From: an uncultured Collinsella sp.
GTDB taxonomy: Bacteria > Actinomycetota > Coriobacteriia > Coriobacteriales > Coriobacteriaceae
DNA: 64,000 bases
Reading direction: 5' to 3'
NCBI GenBank assembly: GCA_900548265.1
Contig: URKG01000006.1
Location: 12,052-76,051, forward strand
Positions 1 through 10,853 of this stretch are shown piece after piece (position 1 is the stretch's first letter; each line of letters starts with the position of its first letter). The translations under genes were made by a program, and so were the position numbers. The notes beneath the pieces are model-generated. The model was not told where the DNA came from. It did not search any database and saw only the letters and a list, made by a program, of their open reading frames with translations.

Positions 1-2
1 TT

Positions 3-533
<531 letters not shown>

Positions 534-552
534 TGCATCGATAGCCAAATTG

Positions 553-593
553 AAGAACCGCCCGGAAAGCATGGTGCCTTCCGGGCGGTTCTT
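553..593. terminator. Bidirectional intrinsic terminator between convergent ligA and merR
   Basis: Stem AAGAACCGCCCGGAA ... TTCCGGGCGGTTCTT. Confidence 0.8.
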
Positions 594-1440
594 ATTTGGA
601 CGGGGCAACCGGCACCGTGATCTGCGTCACGTAGGTCGCCGGGTCGTCGCTGATGATGTCATCGATAAGGGTAATCTCGCGTGAGGGACCGGCGGGTGTC
701 AGGCCGTGCTCGCGCATATAGCCGAGCAGCTGCTCGTAGCGCGGGCCCGCTTGCCCATGCGTGCCGCGGAAGCTTATGGTCAGGCAGCGCGCGGCGGGTC
801 GCGTCTCGACGTCGCCCATGTACTCATCGGTGTCATCGAGCAGCAAAAAGACCTCGTCGTAGCCGTCAAAGTCGCCGGCGGCCAGGCGCTCGGCGCTAAT
901 CCCAACGCCCAAGTTGCCCAGGAAGACAAAGGTCTCGTGCTGGCCCTTCTGCAGTTGACGAATCTGCCACTCCAGCGCATAGGCGTCGGTAGGCTTGACA
1001 CGTTCGTGCAATACGGCGCAGCGAAGCTCGGGCGCATCGATTGTGCAAATGGTATCGAGCTCGGTGTTCAAGGCGTCGTGCAGCAGGGCAAGCCGGTTGT
1101 CAATCTTGCGTGATACGCGCTCCAGCTCGCGTCGCTTTCGCTCGATGAGCTCCTGCTGCTGAGCCAGCTGCCGCTGCATGAGGTCCACATCGCGCGTGGT
1201 CACAAACTCGCGGATTTGCGCCAACGGCAAGTCGAGAACACGCAGGTGGCTGATGGTATTAAGGGTGGAGAGCTGCCGCGATCCGTAGTAGCGGTACCCA
1301 CTCGCCGGATCGATGTGCGCCGGGTCCAGCAAGCCCATCTGCTCGTAATGACGTAGCGTCCCCACGCTCAGGTTAAACAGGCGCGCCACCTCGCCAATTC
1401 GGAGCAGGCCCTCGGTATGTTCAGTTGGCGAGTCGGTCAT
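592..1440 (-). CDS. MerR-family transcriptional regulator (BmrR-like, C-terminal GyrI-like effector domain)
   Basis: LRIGEVARLFNLSVGTLRHYEQMGLLDPAHIDPASGYRYY wHTH, coiled coil, C-terminal YVTQITVPV. Confidence 0.9.
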   Translation of the reverse strand: MTDSPTEHTEGLLRIGEVARLFNLSVGTLRHYEQMGLLDPAHIDPASGYRYYGSRQLSTLNTISHLRVLDLPLAQIREFVTTRDVDLMQRQLAQQQELIERKRRELERVSRKIDNRLALLHDALNTELDTICTIDAPELRCAVLHERVKPTDAYALEWQIRQLQKGQHETFVFLGNLGVGISAERLAAGDFDGYDEVFLLLDDTDEYMGDVETRPAARCLTISFRGTHGQAGPRYEQLLGYMREHGLTPAGPSREITLIDDIISDDPATYVTQITVPVAPSK

Positions 1441-1494
1441 GGGACCGCTCCTTTCAATAGGGTCGGGGAGGGGCGCCAGACTCGCGTCGCCCCG

Positions 1495-2841
1495 CTACGC
1501 TGCCAACTTGTCAAAAGCCCCGCGCCGGTTGAGCACGGTAAACGCGACAACACAGATGACTGCCGACAAAATCGATCCGCACGGCGAAGCGATGCCCATG
1601 GGAAACAACGTATCGGAATAGGCGTTCGACAGCAGCCACGCGCCCGGCACGCGAATGAGCGCCACGGCCAGCACGTTGTGCGCAAAGCCGATGTAGCTCT
1701 TGCCATACGCAGCGAAAAAGCCGCTAAAGCAAATGTGGATGCCGGCAAAAATCGCGTCGAAAATATAGCTGCGCATATAGCCGGTGCCGGCCGCGACTAC
1801 CGCGGCGTCCTTGGCAAAAAAGCCGATAAACGCCGGCGCCACTAGCCATATCAGCACCGTGATCAGACAGCCGTACACTACCGAGATGGTCATGGCGTCC
1901 TTGAGCACCTGACGCGCACGATCGCCCTTGCCCGCGCCGGCGTTTTGCGCCGTGAGCGCGCTGACGGTGGCGCCCATGGAACTCGGCACAATGAACAAAA
2001 AGCTGATCATCTTCTCGACCAGGCCCACGGCGGCGGCGTCGACGAGCCCTCGGTGGTTGGCGATGACGGTGATAAACATAAACGCCACCTGGATACAGCC
2101 GTCCTGCACGGCCACGGGCACGCCGATCTTAAGAATGCTGCCGAGCACCTCGGGCTGGGGACGCAGGTCGCTGCGCTTAACGTGGATGTTCGTGCGGCGG
2201 CTCTTGAGCCACACGAGCGCGAGGGCAACGCTTGCCGTCTGGGCGGTCACCGTGCCGAGCGCCGCGCCCACGGGGCCGAGCCCCATATGGCCGATAAACA
2301 GAAAGTCGAGCGCGATGTTGATGATGCACGCCACGCCGATCACGTACATAGGCGAGCGCGAATCGCCCAGGCCGCGAAAGATGGCCGAGAGGATATTGTA
2401 CGCGGCGATAAAGGGAATGCCGACAAAGCAGATGCGCAGGTAAGCGGCGGTGCCTTCGACCGCCTCGGGCGGCGTGCCAATGAGCGCCACGATTTGCGGA
2501 CACAGTGCGAGCAAGATGGCGGCCAGCACTACCGAGACGCCCATAAAGAGCGTGATGGTGTTGCCGATGGCGGTCTCGGCGCGGTCAAACCGGCGTGAAC
2601 CCACAGCGTGGCCGACGACCACCGTCGTTCCCATGGCCAGGCCCACGAGCGCCACGGTAATCATATAGAGCGTCTGCGCGCCATTTGCCACGGCGGTGAT
2701 GCCGGCGGCGCCGCTAAACTGCCCCATCATGTACAGGTCGGCCATGCCGTAGAGCATCTGCAAAAAGTACGAGAGCATATAGGGCAGGGCAAAGACCGCG
2801 ATGGTCTTGAGGACATTGCCGCGTGTGAGGTCGTGTTCCAT
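1495..2841 (-). CDS. MATE-family efflux transporter
   Basis: DLTRGNVLKTIAVFALP..LQMLYGMAD; FRGLGDSRSP; about 12 hydrophobic segments. Confidence 0.92.
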   Translation of the reverse strand: MEHDLTRGNVLKTIAVFALPYMLSYFLQMLYGMADLYMMGQFSGAAGITAVANGAQTLYMITVALVGLAMGTTVVVGHAVGSRRFDRAETAIGNTITLFMGVSVVLAAILLALCPQIVALIGTPPEAVEGTAAYLRICFVGIPFIAAYNILSAIFRGLGDSRSPMYVIGVACIINIALDFLFIGHMGLGPVGAALGTVTAQTASVALALVWLKSRRTNIHVKRSDLRPQPEVLGSILKIGVPVAVQDGCIQVAFMFITVIANHRGLVDAAAVGLVEKMISFLFIVPSSMGATVSALTAQNAGAGKGDRARQVLKDAMTISVVYGCLITVLIWLVAPAFIGFFAKDAAVVAAGTGYMRSYIFDAIFAGIHICFSGFFAAYGKSYIGFAHNVLAVALIRVPGAWLLSNAYSDTLFPMGIASPCGSILSAVICVVAFTVLNRRGAFDKLAA

Positions 2842-2884
2842 GGGCGGGGCACTTTCTGGCTGGGTTCATTTAGCTACCAGTGTA

Positions 2885-2914
2885 GTGAAAACCCTACAAC
2901 GATTGTAGAGTCAA
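2885..2914 (-). promoter_or_regulatory. MerR-type promoter/operator of the MATE-merR operon
   Basis: Minus strand: -35 TTGACT overlapping the dyad CTCTACAA-TCG-TTGTAGGG, which lies in the spacer as in MerR-activated promoters; the -10 is weak. Confidence 0.7.
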
Positions 2915-3082
2915 GGTTTATGTTGGCAGTGGGGCGAAAAAAGTCGCGCTCGTAATCATTTCCGTCGAATACAGACATAAACCGTACAAGCGTGGTGCCT
3001 GCGCTGGCCTTAAAGAAATCGGTTTCGTATCACTTGACACCGTCACCTGTCGCGCAATAATACGTGCGTTTGCGAATGACGT

Positions 3083-4933
3083 TTGACGGAGATGATGATA
3101 CGGGTGCGTAATCTCAAACTGCTGATGTCCTATCTCGGCGAATTCAAGCGCGATTTTATCCTCGGCGTGCTGTTCATCGCCGTCGAGACTACGCTTGAGC
3201 TCTTTATCCCCGTAATCATGGCTAACATCATTGACGTGGGCGTGCCCGCGCGTGACACCGGCTACATCCTGTTCCAGGGAGCACTCATGTTGGTGTGCGC
3301 GGCCGTGTCGCTTGTACTTGGCCTCGGCTATGCGCGTTATTCGGCACGTGTGGCGGTGGGCCTCGGCGCCAACCTGCGCGCCGCGGAGTACCGCAAGATC
3401 CAGACCCTTGCCTTCGGCAATCTCGATGAATACGAGACGAGCTCGCTTGTCACCCGCATGACCACCGACATCACCGTGATTCAAAACGCCGTAGGTAACG
3501 GCTTCCGCCCCATGGTGCGCGGGCCGGTAAATCTGGTCATGGGCCTCGTCTACGCTTTTGCGCTCTCGCGCGAGCTCGCGGCGGTCTTTGCCGTCATTCT
3601 GCCGATGCTCGCCATCGTGCTCGGTATCATTACCGTGCGTGTGAGCCCGCTCTACCGCCAACTCCAGACCTCGATGGACCACCTCAACGGCGTGGTACAG
3701 GAAGACCTCACCGCCGTGCGTGCCGTCAAGGCCTACGTTCGTACTGAGCACGAGGAGGCCAAGTTCGACACCGTCAATACCGAGCTCGCCGGCACTGCGA
3801 CGAAGACCTTTGGCAACGCGGTGCTCAACCTGCCGGTGTTTCAGCTGTCGATGTACGTGGCTGCGCTCTCCATCCTGTGGATTGGCGGCCGCATGATTCT
3901 CGCCGGCAAGCTGGGCGTGGGCTCGCTCACGGGCTTTATGAGCTACGTGCTGCTGATCATGAATTCGCTCATGATGATTTCCAACGTGTTTTTGCTGCTC
4001 ACGCGCGCTCTTACGAGTGTGGGCCGTATCGCCGAGGTGCTCGATGAGGAGCCCTTTATCGCCAACCCCGCGGGAGACCTCGCGATTGCGGCGCCAGCGG
4101 ACGGCAGTATCGAGTTTCGCGACGTTTCCTTTAAATACCGCGCGGATGCAGCCGAGGATGTGCTCGAGCATATCGACCTTCGCATCGAGAGCGGCTCGAC
4201 GGTGGGCATCCTCGGCGGCACGGGCTCGGGCAAGAGCTCACTTGTGCAGCTGATTGCGCGCCTGTACGACGCCACCGAAGGCGCCGTGCTTATGGGCGGA
4301 CGCGACGTGCGCGACTACGACCTCGCCGCCTTGCGCGACGCTGTGGGCATTGTGCTGCAAAAGAATGTGCTGTTCACGGGCACCGTGCGCGAGAACCTGC
4401 AGTGGGGCAATCCGCAGGCGTCGGACGATGAGCTCCTCGCGGCTTGCCGCGCGGCGTGCGTGGACGAGTTCCTTGATCGCATCGGCGGGCTGGACGGCGA
4501 GTTGGGCCAAGGCGGCGCCGGTGTCTCGGGCGGCCAGAAGCAGCGCCTGTGCATCGCGCGCACGCTGCTCAAGCATCCGCGCGTGCTCATTTTTGATGAC
4601 TCCACCAGCGCGGTCGATATGGCGACCGACGCTAAGATTCGCGAGCACATCGCCCGGATTTCCGATACGACCGTGCTCATCATCGCCCAGCGCATCGCGA
4701 GTGTCATGGATGCCGATCGCATTGTGGTATTGGACGACGGTCGTGTCCACGGCGTGGGCACGCACGAGGAACTGCTAGCGGGCGACAACATATACCAGGA
4801 GATTTATGCCTCGCAGATGGAGTTTGCGAGGAACGCGGACGCCGGCGACGGCAGCGACGATGGTTGCGCGAATGATCCGTTTTCCTCCGTCGCATGCGGA
4901 TCGCCCTTGGAAGGGGGCGAGCGTCATGCCTAA
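3083..4933 (+). CDS. ABC exporter, fused permease/ATPase (heterodimer subunit 1); exact start uncertain
   Basis: Membrane domain plus Walker A GGTGSGKS, signature VSGGQKQR, degenerate Walker B LIFDDSTS. Confidence 0.92.
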   Translation: MTEMMIRVRNLKLLMSYLGEFKRDFILGVLFIAVETTLELFIPVIMANIIDVGVPARDTGYILFQGALMLVCAAVSLVLGLGYARYSARVAVGLGANLRAAEYRKIQTLAFGNLDEYETSSLVTRMTTDITVIQNAVGNGFRPMVRGPVNLVMGLVYAFALSRELAAVFAVILPMLAIVLGIITVRVSPLYRQLQTSMDHLNGVVQEDLTAVRAVKAYVRTEHEEAKFDTVNTELAGTATKTFGNAVLNLPVFQLSMYVAALSILWIGGRMILAGKLGVGSLTGFMSYVLLIMNSLMMISNVFLLLTRALTSVGRIAEVLDEEPFIANPAGDLAIAAPADGSIEFRDVSFKYRADAAEDVLEHIDLRIESGSTVGILGGTGSGKSSLVQLIARLYDATEGAVLMGGRDVRDYDLAALRDAVGIVLQKNVLFTGTVRENLQWGNPQASDDELLAACRAACVDEFLDRIGGLDGELGQGGAGVSGGQKQRLCIARTLLKHPRVLIFDDSTSAVDMATDAKIREHIARISDTTVLIIAQRIASVMDADRIVVLDDGRVHGVGTHEELLAGDNIYQEIYASQMEFARNADAGDGSDDGCANDPFSSVACGSPLEGGERHA

Positions 4934-6824
4934 GACCGCAGCCCAAGCACGCCCGGCCGACCTCAAGCGCACTGTGCGCCGCTTGCTCTCCTACATGGGG
5001 CATGCCAAGTTCTCGTTGCTCGCGGTGGGCGTGCTCGCCTCCGTTGCCGCCATCGCGAGCCTCGCCGGCACCTACATGGTGCGCCCCATCGTTAACGGTT
5101 TGGCCACGGGCGGGGAGGAACTGCTCGCCAAGCAGGTCATCCTGACGGCGATCATCTACGCCGCGGGCGTGCTCTCGGCCCTGGGCTACTCACAGATCAT
5201 GGTGCGCGCGGCCCAACACGTGGTGTCCGATATTCGCCGCGACCTGTTCGCGCACATCCAGACGCTGCCGCTCAGTTATTTTGACAGCACGCGCTCGGGC
5301 GACATCATGAGTTTTTTCACCAACGACGTCGACACCGTCTCCGAGGCGCTTAACAACAGCTTTGCCAACGTGATTCAGGCCGCCATTCAGGTTGTGGGCA
5401 CCACGGCCATGCTCATCATCCTTAACTGGCAGCTCACGATTATCACACTCGTGTGCGATGCGGCCATTGTGCTGTATGCGCGCTACTCGGGCGCGCGCTC
5501 TAAGCGTTTCTTTGCTGCCCAGCAGGCATCGCTTGGCGACCTGGACGGATATATCGAAGAGATGGTCTCGGGTCAAAAGGTCATCAAGGTCTTTAACCGT
5601 GAGGCGGCGAATGTCGCCGGCTTTGCCTGCCGCAACGACGAGCTTCGCCGCACCGGCACCGCCGCCGTGAGCTATGCCAACTCCATGGTGCCCATGACTG
5701 TCGTGATTGGCTACGTCAACTATGCCATCGTCGCCGTGGCGGGCGGCATGCTCTGCATCAAGGGGCTCGCCGACGTAGGTGCGCTCGCGAGCTACCTGGT
5801 CTTTGTGCGCCAGGCCGCCATGCCCATCAACCAGTTTACGCAGCTGGGTAATTTCTTGCTTAACGCACTGGCCGGTGCCGAGCGCCTGTTTGCCGCCATG
5901 GACCTTAAGCCCGAGGTGGACGAGGGCTGCGTGGAGCTGGTGCAGACGGGCGACGCCGCGTGGGCATGGAAGATTCCCGAGGGCCAGGGCGTGGGCGCGT
6001 ACGGGCACTTGCATGACGTGGCAACCGTTGATGAGTCGGGCCGTGCGGTGGCTGCCGACGGCACCGAGCTCACGTGCGGCTTGGTCCCGCTTGCCGGCGA
6101 CGTGCGCTTCCATGCCGTGGACTTTTCCTACGTGCCGGGCACCCGTGTGCTCACGGATCTCAACCTGTTTGCCAAGCCGGGGCAAAAGATCGCGTTTGTG
6201 GGCTCGACGGGCGCCGGAAAGACGACCATCACTAACCTCATCAACCGCTTCTACGAGGTCGATGACGGCGAGATCACGTACGACGGCATCGACGTCAAGC
6301 ACATTGCCAAGGCCAGCCTGCGCGGGTCGCTCGGCATTGTGCTGCAGGACACGCACCTGTTTAGCGGCACCATTGCGCAGAACATCCGCTTTGGCAAGCT
6401 CGACGCGACCGACGAGGAGGTGCGCGCCGCTGCCGAGGCAGCCTGCGCCGACTCGTTTATCCGCCGCCTGCCTAGAGGGTACGACACGCCGGTCACGGCC
6501 GACGGCGCCAACCTGTCGCAGGGCCAGCGCCAGCTGCTCGCCATTGCGCGCGTGGCCGTCGCCGATCCGCCGGTGCTCATCCTGGACGAGGCCACGAGCT
6601 CCATCGACACGCGCACCGAAAAGCTCATCGAGCGCGGTATGGACCGCATCATGCGCGGACGCACCACGTTTATGATCGCGCACCGCCTGTCCACCGTCCG
6701 CGACGCCGACGCCATCATGGTCCTCGAACACGGCCGCATCATCGAGCGCGGCACGCACGAAGAGCTACTCGCCCAGCACGGCGAGTACTGGCAGCTGGCG
6801 CATGGCTTAAAAGAGCTGGATTAA
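4926..6824 (+). CDS. ABC exporter, fused permease/ATPase (heterodimer subunit 2)
   Basis: ATG at 4926 overlaps the upstream stop; GSTGAGKT, LSQGQRQ, LILDEATS, IAHRLST. Confidence 0.92.
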   Translation: MPKTAAQARPADLKRTVRRLLSYMGHAKFSLLAVGVLASVAAIASLAGTYMVRPIVNGLATGGEELLAKQVILTAIIYAAGVLSALGYSQIMVRAAQHVVSDIRRDLFAHIQTLPLSYFDSTRSGDIMSFFTNDVDTVSEALNNSFANVIQAAIQVVGTTAMLIILNWQLTIITLVCDAAIVLYARYSGARSKRFFAAQQASLGDLDGYIEEMVSGQKVIKVFNREAANVAGFACRNDELRRTGTAAVSYANSMVPMTVVIGYVNYAIVAVAGGMLCIKGLADVGALASYLVFVRQAAMPINQFTQLGNFLLNALAGAERLFAAMDLKPEVDEGCVELVQTGDAAWAWKIPEGQGVGAYGHLHDVATVDESGRAVAADGTELTCGLVPLAGDVRFHAVDFSYVPGTRVLTDLNLFAKPGQKIAFVGSTGAGKTTITNLINRFYEVDDGEITYDGIDVKHIAKASLRGSLGIVLQDTHLFSGTIAQNIRFGKLDATDEEVRAAAEAACADSFIRRLPRGYDTPVTADGANLSQGQRQLLAIARVAVADPPVLILDEATSSIDTRTEKLIERGMDRIMRGRTTFMIAHRLSTVRDADAIMVLEHGRIIERGTHEELLAQHGEYWQLAHGLKELD

Positions 6825-6873
6825 CCCGTTCGAGCACGATGCCTTGACCCCTCCGTGCTCCTCACCTCGCCTC

Positions 6874-6938
6874 AAACCATCACAACATTCGACGTTTTTT
6901 GCCAAAATCGGGAAAAGCATCGAATGTTGTGATGGTTT
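6874..6938. repeat. Palindrome family A, copy 1 (65 bp, 19-bp perfect arms)
   Basis: AAACCATCACAACATTCGA-N27-TCGAATGTTGTGATGGTTT. Confidence 0.95.
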
Positions 6939-7039
6939 TTCTGCCACTCGACCGGGTGGAATCGCTTTCTTGCGCACGAAGGTGTGCGGACCCGTGGGCA
7001 GGGGAATAAGGTTGGTTATCCGACTCCATTGGAGGGCTC

Positions 7040-8077
7040 ATGGACCTGCCGATCGTCCTGTCCCATAAGACTGCCTGGCTGTACCACAACGTGGCGCGCC
7101 CGTCCGAGCCGCTCTCGCGAGCAAGCAGCCTATACGATGAGGACTCGCTTGCTAACGAGGCGGAACCGACCGCGAACCTGCCCAAATTGGGACTCGATGC
7201 CAAGGGGCTGAGGGCTTCAACGGCAGTTGGGATCGTTACCGACTATCTGGTTTCGCTCGGTATTCCACGAGAAGAGCTCGATCATATCGACACGCTCGTT
7301 AACTTCGATTTTGAGCGCTCGACGCCGGCTGGATTTAGGTGCCACGTGTTTGGGGCGCCGGTACCTCCAGGCCATCTTATCGAGGTGGCAGAGGGCCTTC
7401 TGGTGGTTGATGAGGCCATGTGCTTTGTCCAAGCGGGTTCGTGGATGAGTGAGCCCGAGCAGCTGGAATATGGCTACGAAATCTGTGCCCGATACCATTT
7501 GAATCATCTGTCGACAGGCGATTATATCGAGATGGGGCAGAGGTACACCGTTGCCGACTTGATTGCTTATTGCAATGAGAACCGATCTCGTCAGGGGGCT
7601 ATACGCGCGGCCGCCGTGCTCAAGCGCGTGCACGATGGCGCGCGGTCGCCCATGGAGACGGCCACCGCAATCATGGTCGTAGCAAAACGTTCCCAGGGCG
7701 GGCTGGGATACGCCAAGATCGAGCTCAACCATCGGGTCGATGTTCCCAACGAGTTCAAGTATCTCGCAAAGGCCGGGTATTTCGAGATCGACGTATATGC
7801 GCCTGCGAGCGGTACGGGGATTGAATACAACGGCTCGGACCATCTTGATAAACAGCGCAGCGCGTCGGATGCGGAGCGTATGACCGTGCTGAGCGCGCTG
7901 GGCTTTAGGATGATCGTCCTCACCGGGACCCAGTTTGCCCATCAGCTGCAATTGCACCGGGCGATTAACGCCATCGCCCTCGCTATGGGTCTCAAGTGCG
8001 ACCGAAGCGAAGCGTTCCAGAAACGTCAGAACGACCTGCGAGAGTTCGTGATCCGGCACTGGAACGGCGGTCTTTAG
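7040..8077 (+). CDS. Hypothetical protein with C-terminal DUF559/Vsr-like PD-(D/E)XK nuclease domain
   Basis: ARSPMET..GGLG..LNHRV..EIDVY..GIEYNG..H..SDAER..LSALGFRMIVLT pattern; RBS GGAGG upstream. Confidence 0.75.
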   Translation: MDLPIVLSHKTAWLYHNVARPSEPLSRASSLYDEDSLANEAEPTANLPKLGLDAKGLRASTAVGIVTDYLVSLGIPREELDHIDTLVNFDFERSTPAGFRCHVFGAPVPPGHLIEVAEGLLVVDEAMCFVQAGSWMSEPEQLEYGYEICARYHLNHLSTGDYIEMGQRYTVADLIAYCNENRSRQGAIRAAAVLKRVHDGARSPMETATAIMVVAKRSQGGLGYAKIELNHRVDVPNEFKYLAKAGYFEIDVYAPASGTGIEYNGSDHLDKQRSASDAERMTVLSALGFRMIVLTGTQFAHQLQLHRAINAIALAMGLKCDRSEAFQKRQNDLREFVIRHWNGGL

Positions 8078-8115
8078 GGACGCTTTGGTCCTTCTATGGG
8101 GTGCCGTGGGCAGGC

Positions 8116-8180
8116 AAACCATCACAACATTCGACGTTTATCGCCGAAAACGGGAAAAGCATCGAATGTTGTGATGGTTT
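8116..8180. repeat. Palindrome family A, copy 2 (same orientation as copy 1)
   Basis: Same arms; loop CGTTTATCGCCGAAAACGGGAAAAGCA resembles the copy 1 loop. Confidence 0.95.
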
Positions 8181-8311
8181 GCGTGCTGAGGATGGGCTTG
8201 GAAGTCCGTTTTGCTCGAAGCGGCCTGTCCTGTCGTACGGGTGTCGGCGTGATTCTCTCGTGGGGTATTATGTTTTCCGAAGAATAAAACGCCGCGTGAG
8301 GGGAGGGCCGC

Positions 8312-9367
8312 GTGGACGGGCACGTGCAACATGACGGCTTCGGCCGCGATATCAACTACCTGCGCATTGCCGTTACCGATAAGTGCAATTTCCGCTGCAT
8401 TTACTGCATGCCGGCCGATGGCGTGGCGCCCCGTGCACACGACGAGTTGCTCAGTGCCGAGGAAATCGCCCGCTTTGTGCGCTTGGTGGCGGGAGAGGGC
8501 ATTCGCCGCGTACGCCTGACGGGCGGCGAGCCGCTGGTCAGCCGCCGTATCATTCCGCTTATTCGCGACATCCGCGCGATTCCGCAGATCGAGGATATCT
8601 CGCTCACCACCAATGGCGCTCTGCTGCCCAAGCTGGCGCCGCAGCTCAAAGACGCTGGGCTTAATCGCATCAACATTTCGCTCGACACACTCGACCCCTC
8701 GCTCTTTGGAAAGATCACGCGCCTGGGTCGACTCGAGCAGACCATGGCCGGCGTCGACGCGGCACTGGCTTGGGGCTTTGAGCCCGTTAAGGTCAACTGC
8801 GTTGTAGTGCGTCGGCTCAACCAGGATGTGGCAGCCCTCGCGCGACTGACCGTTGACCGCCCCATCCACCTGCGCTTTATCGAATACATGCCCATCGGCG
8901 ACGAGCGCACGAGCTCGCATTGCGCTGTGGACCCGCATGCGCCCGCGCTCAATCCCGAGCTGTGGGACGCGAGCGATACCGTGCCGAGCGACGAGCTGCG
9001 GGCGCGCATCAATGCCGGGGCCGCCGCGACGGGACTGGGCGAGCTCGAGCCGCTCGACATCAGCGACGCTCCTGCCGGCGCGGGCCCTGCGCGCTATTGG
9101 CACTTTCCGGGCGCGGCGGGAACGGTTGGCTTTATTAGCGCCATGTCCAACCATTTTTGTGCGAATTGCAACCGTCTGCGCCTGACGGCCGATGGCAACG
9201 TGCGCCCGTGCCTGTTCAGCGATGCCGAGTATTCGGTGCGTGAGGCGCTGCGCCGTGGTGATGATATGCAGGTACTTTCGATTTGGCGCGATGCCGTGGC
9301 CCACAAACCGCAGGAACACGCGATAATTGAGGGCACGCAACGATTTATGTCCCAAATCGGAGGATGA
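8312..9367 (+). CDS. moaA: GTP 3',8-cyclase (molybdenum cofactor biosynthesis, radical SAM)
   Basis: DGFGRDINYLRIAVTDKCNFRCIYC, LTGGEPL, FCANCNRLRLTADG..PCLF, C-terminal MSQIGG. Confidence 0.96.
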   Translation: MDGHVQHDGFGRDINYLRIAVTDKCNFRCIYCMPADGVAPRAHDELLSAEEIARFVRLVAGEGIRRVRLTGGEPLVSRRIIPLIRDIRAIPQIEDISLTTNGALLPKLAPQLKDAGLNRINISLDTLDPSLFGKITRLGRLEQTMAGVDAALAWGFEPVKVNCVVVRRLNQDVAALARLTVDRPIHLRFIEYMPIGDERTSSHCAVDPHAPALNPELWDASDTVPSDELRARINAGAAATGLGELEPLDISDAPAGAGPARYWHFPGAAGTVGFISAMSNHFCANCNRLRLTADGNVRPCLFSDAEYSVREALRRGDDMQVLSIWRDAVAHKPQEHAIIEGTQRFMSQIGG

Positions 9368-9371
9368 TCAT

Positions 9372-10667
9372 ATGGCCAAGAGCAGGTACGCCGATGCCAC
9401 CAAGGCCGCTCGCAGGGCCGCGATGTCTGCCCACAAAGCCACGGCTGCGGCCGGCGATGCCGTTGCAGGCGCGCAGCCGACTGCCAGCGCTGCCACCGAA
9501 CCCGCCCGTGACGCCCGTCGCGACGAGCTGACGCACGTGGACGCCAAGGGCGAGGTACGCATGGTCGACGTGTCCGACAAGGCCGAGACCCATCGCATTG
9601 CCATCGCCGAGGGCACCATCCTCATGCACCCCGAGACGCAGGCCATGGTGCTGCAGGACCGCGCCAAAAAGGGCGACGTGCTTGCCTGCGCGCGCGTGGC
9701 GGGCATCATGGCCATTAAGCGCACGAGTGACATCATCCCCATGTGCCATCCGTTGCTCATTACCAAGAGCAAGTGCGACATTGCGCCCATCGCTCCGGCG
9801 GGGACGCCGGCCGAGGACGTGCCCGAGGGCTGGGCGCCGGCGCGCGCGGACGGGCAGGTTGGCTTTCACGTACTGGTTACGGCCGGCGTGACGGGCAAGA
9901 CGGGTATCGAGATGGAGGCGTTGACCGGCGCGAGTGCCGCATGTCTGACCATCTACGACATGTGCAAGGCGGTAGATCGCGGCATGGAGATCGTCGACGT
10001 GCGCCTGTTGCACAAGGAGGGCGGCCGCTCGGGCGTGTGGGATCGCGCAGAGCGTCAGGCTGCTGCTGTTGAGGCCGTGGCCGCTGACGGTGCCGCACCC
10101 GCGAACGTACCCGTCGCCGTCGCGCCCGCAGCTCCCACTCCGGCCGTCCCCGCGATCGCGTTTATCGGCTACCAGAACTCGGGCAAGACCACACTCGTCG
10201 AGAAGGTTATCGCCGAGCTCACCCGCCGCGGCCTGCGCGTGGGTTCGCTCAAGCATCATGGGCATCACGGCTTTGATATCGACGTGCCCGCTAAGGACAC
10301 CTGGCGCCATCACCAGGCCGGATCCAAGCACGTGGGCCTCATCTGCGCCACGCGCTGGGCGGAGTACGCCGATACGCGCGAGGAGGACGAGATGCCCGCG
10401 CGCGAGCTGCTGTCGCGCTATAACGACGTCGACGTGGTGATCATCGAGGGTTACAAGACCGAGGGCTTCGACAACATCGTCGTCGCGCGCTCCGGTGTCG
10501 ACCGTCTGCGCGGCAAGAGCTCGCTCGACCTGGTCGACGGTCGCACGCTGGCCCTTGCCTGCAACGAGGCCCTGGCGCGTCAGGCCTTCGACGCCGGCTT
10601 TGCGACCCGAGCCATCAACATCAACGACGCCCGAGCCATCTGCGATCTCATCCAAGATCATCTTTAA
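9372..10667 (+). CDS. moaC-mobB: Fusion of cyclic pyranopterin monophosphate synthase MoaC and MobB
   Basis: LTHVD..MVDVSDK, IIPMCHP, KTGIEMEALT..TIYDMCKA..KEGGRSG, then GYQNSGKTT..KHHGH..DTWRH..IIEGYK. Confidence 0.9.
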   Translation: MAKSRYADATKAARRAAMSAHKATAAAGDAVAGAQPTASAATEPARDARRDELTHVDAKGEVRMVDVSDKAETHRIAIAEGTILMHPETQAMVLQDRAKKGDVLACARVAGIMAIKRTSDIIPMCHPLLITKSKCDIAPIAPAGTPAEDVPEGWAPARADGQVGFHVLVTAGVTGKTGIEMEALTGASAACLTIYDMCKAVDRGMEIVDVRLLHKEGGRSGVWDRAERQAAAVEAVAADGAAPANVPVAVAPAAPTPAVPAIAFIGYQNSGKTTLVEKVIAELTRRGLRVGSLKHHGHHGFDIDVPAKDTWRHHQAGSKHVGLICATRWAEYADTREEDEMPARELLSRYNDVDVVIIEGYKTEGFDNIVVARSGVDRLRGKSSLDLVDGRTLALACNEALARQAFDAGFATRAININDARAICDLIQDHL

Positions 10668-10853
10668 GGCTCGACGCTGCGCCGGCCCCAAGCACCCCAT
10701 CTCGCCCCTCAAGCCGTCGCTCGCGTACCAAAGTACGCGTCGCTCCTCTTTCGGGGCGACCTGGGGCACTTGGAACCGGCTCGCTGCGCTGCCATAACAT
10801 GCCAAAAAGGGACAGGTTTATTTTGGCAGGTTTTATCTGGGCAAACGTCATTT

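Noticed and set aside
5920..6095. Extra segment between membrane domain and ATPase in the second ABC subunit
   Set aside because: A WAWK-containing linker of variable length is common in this exporter subfamily as far as I recall; nothing suggests an inserted element.
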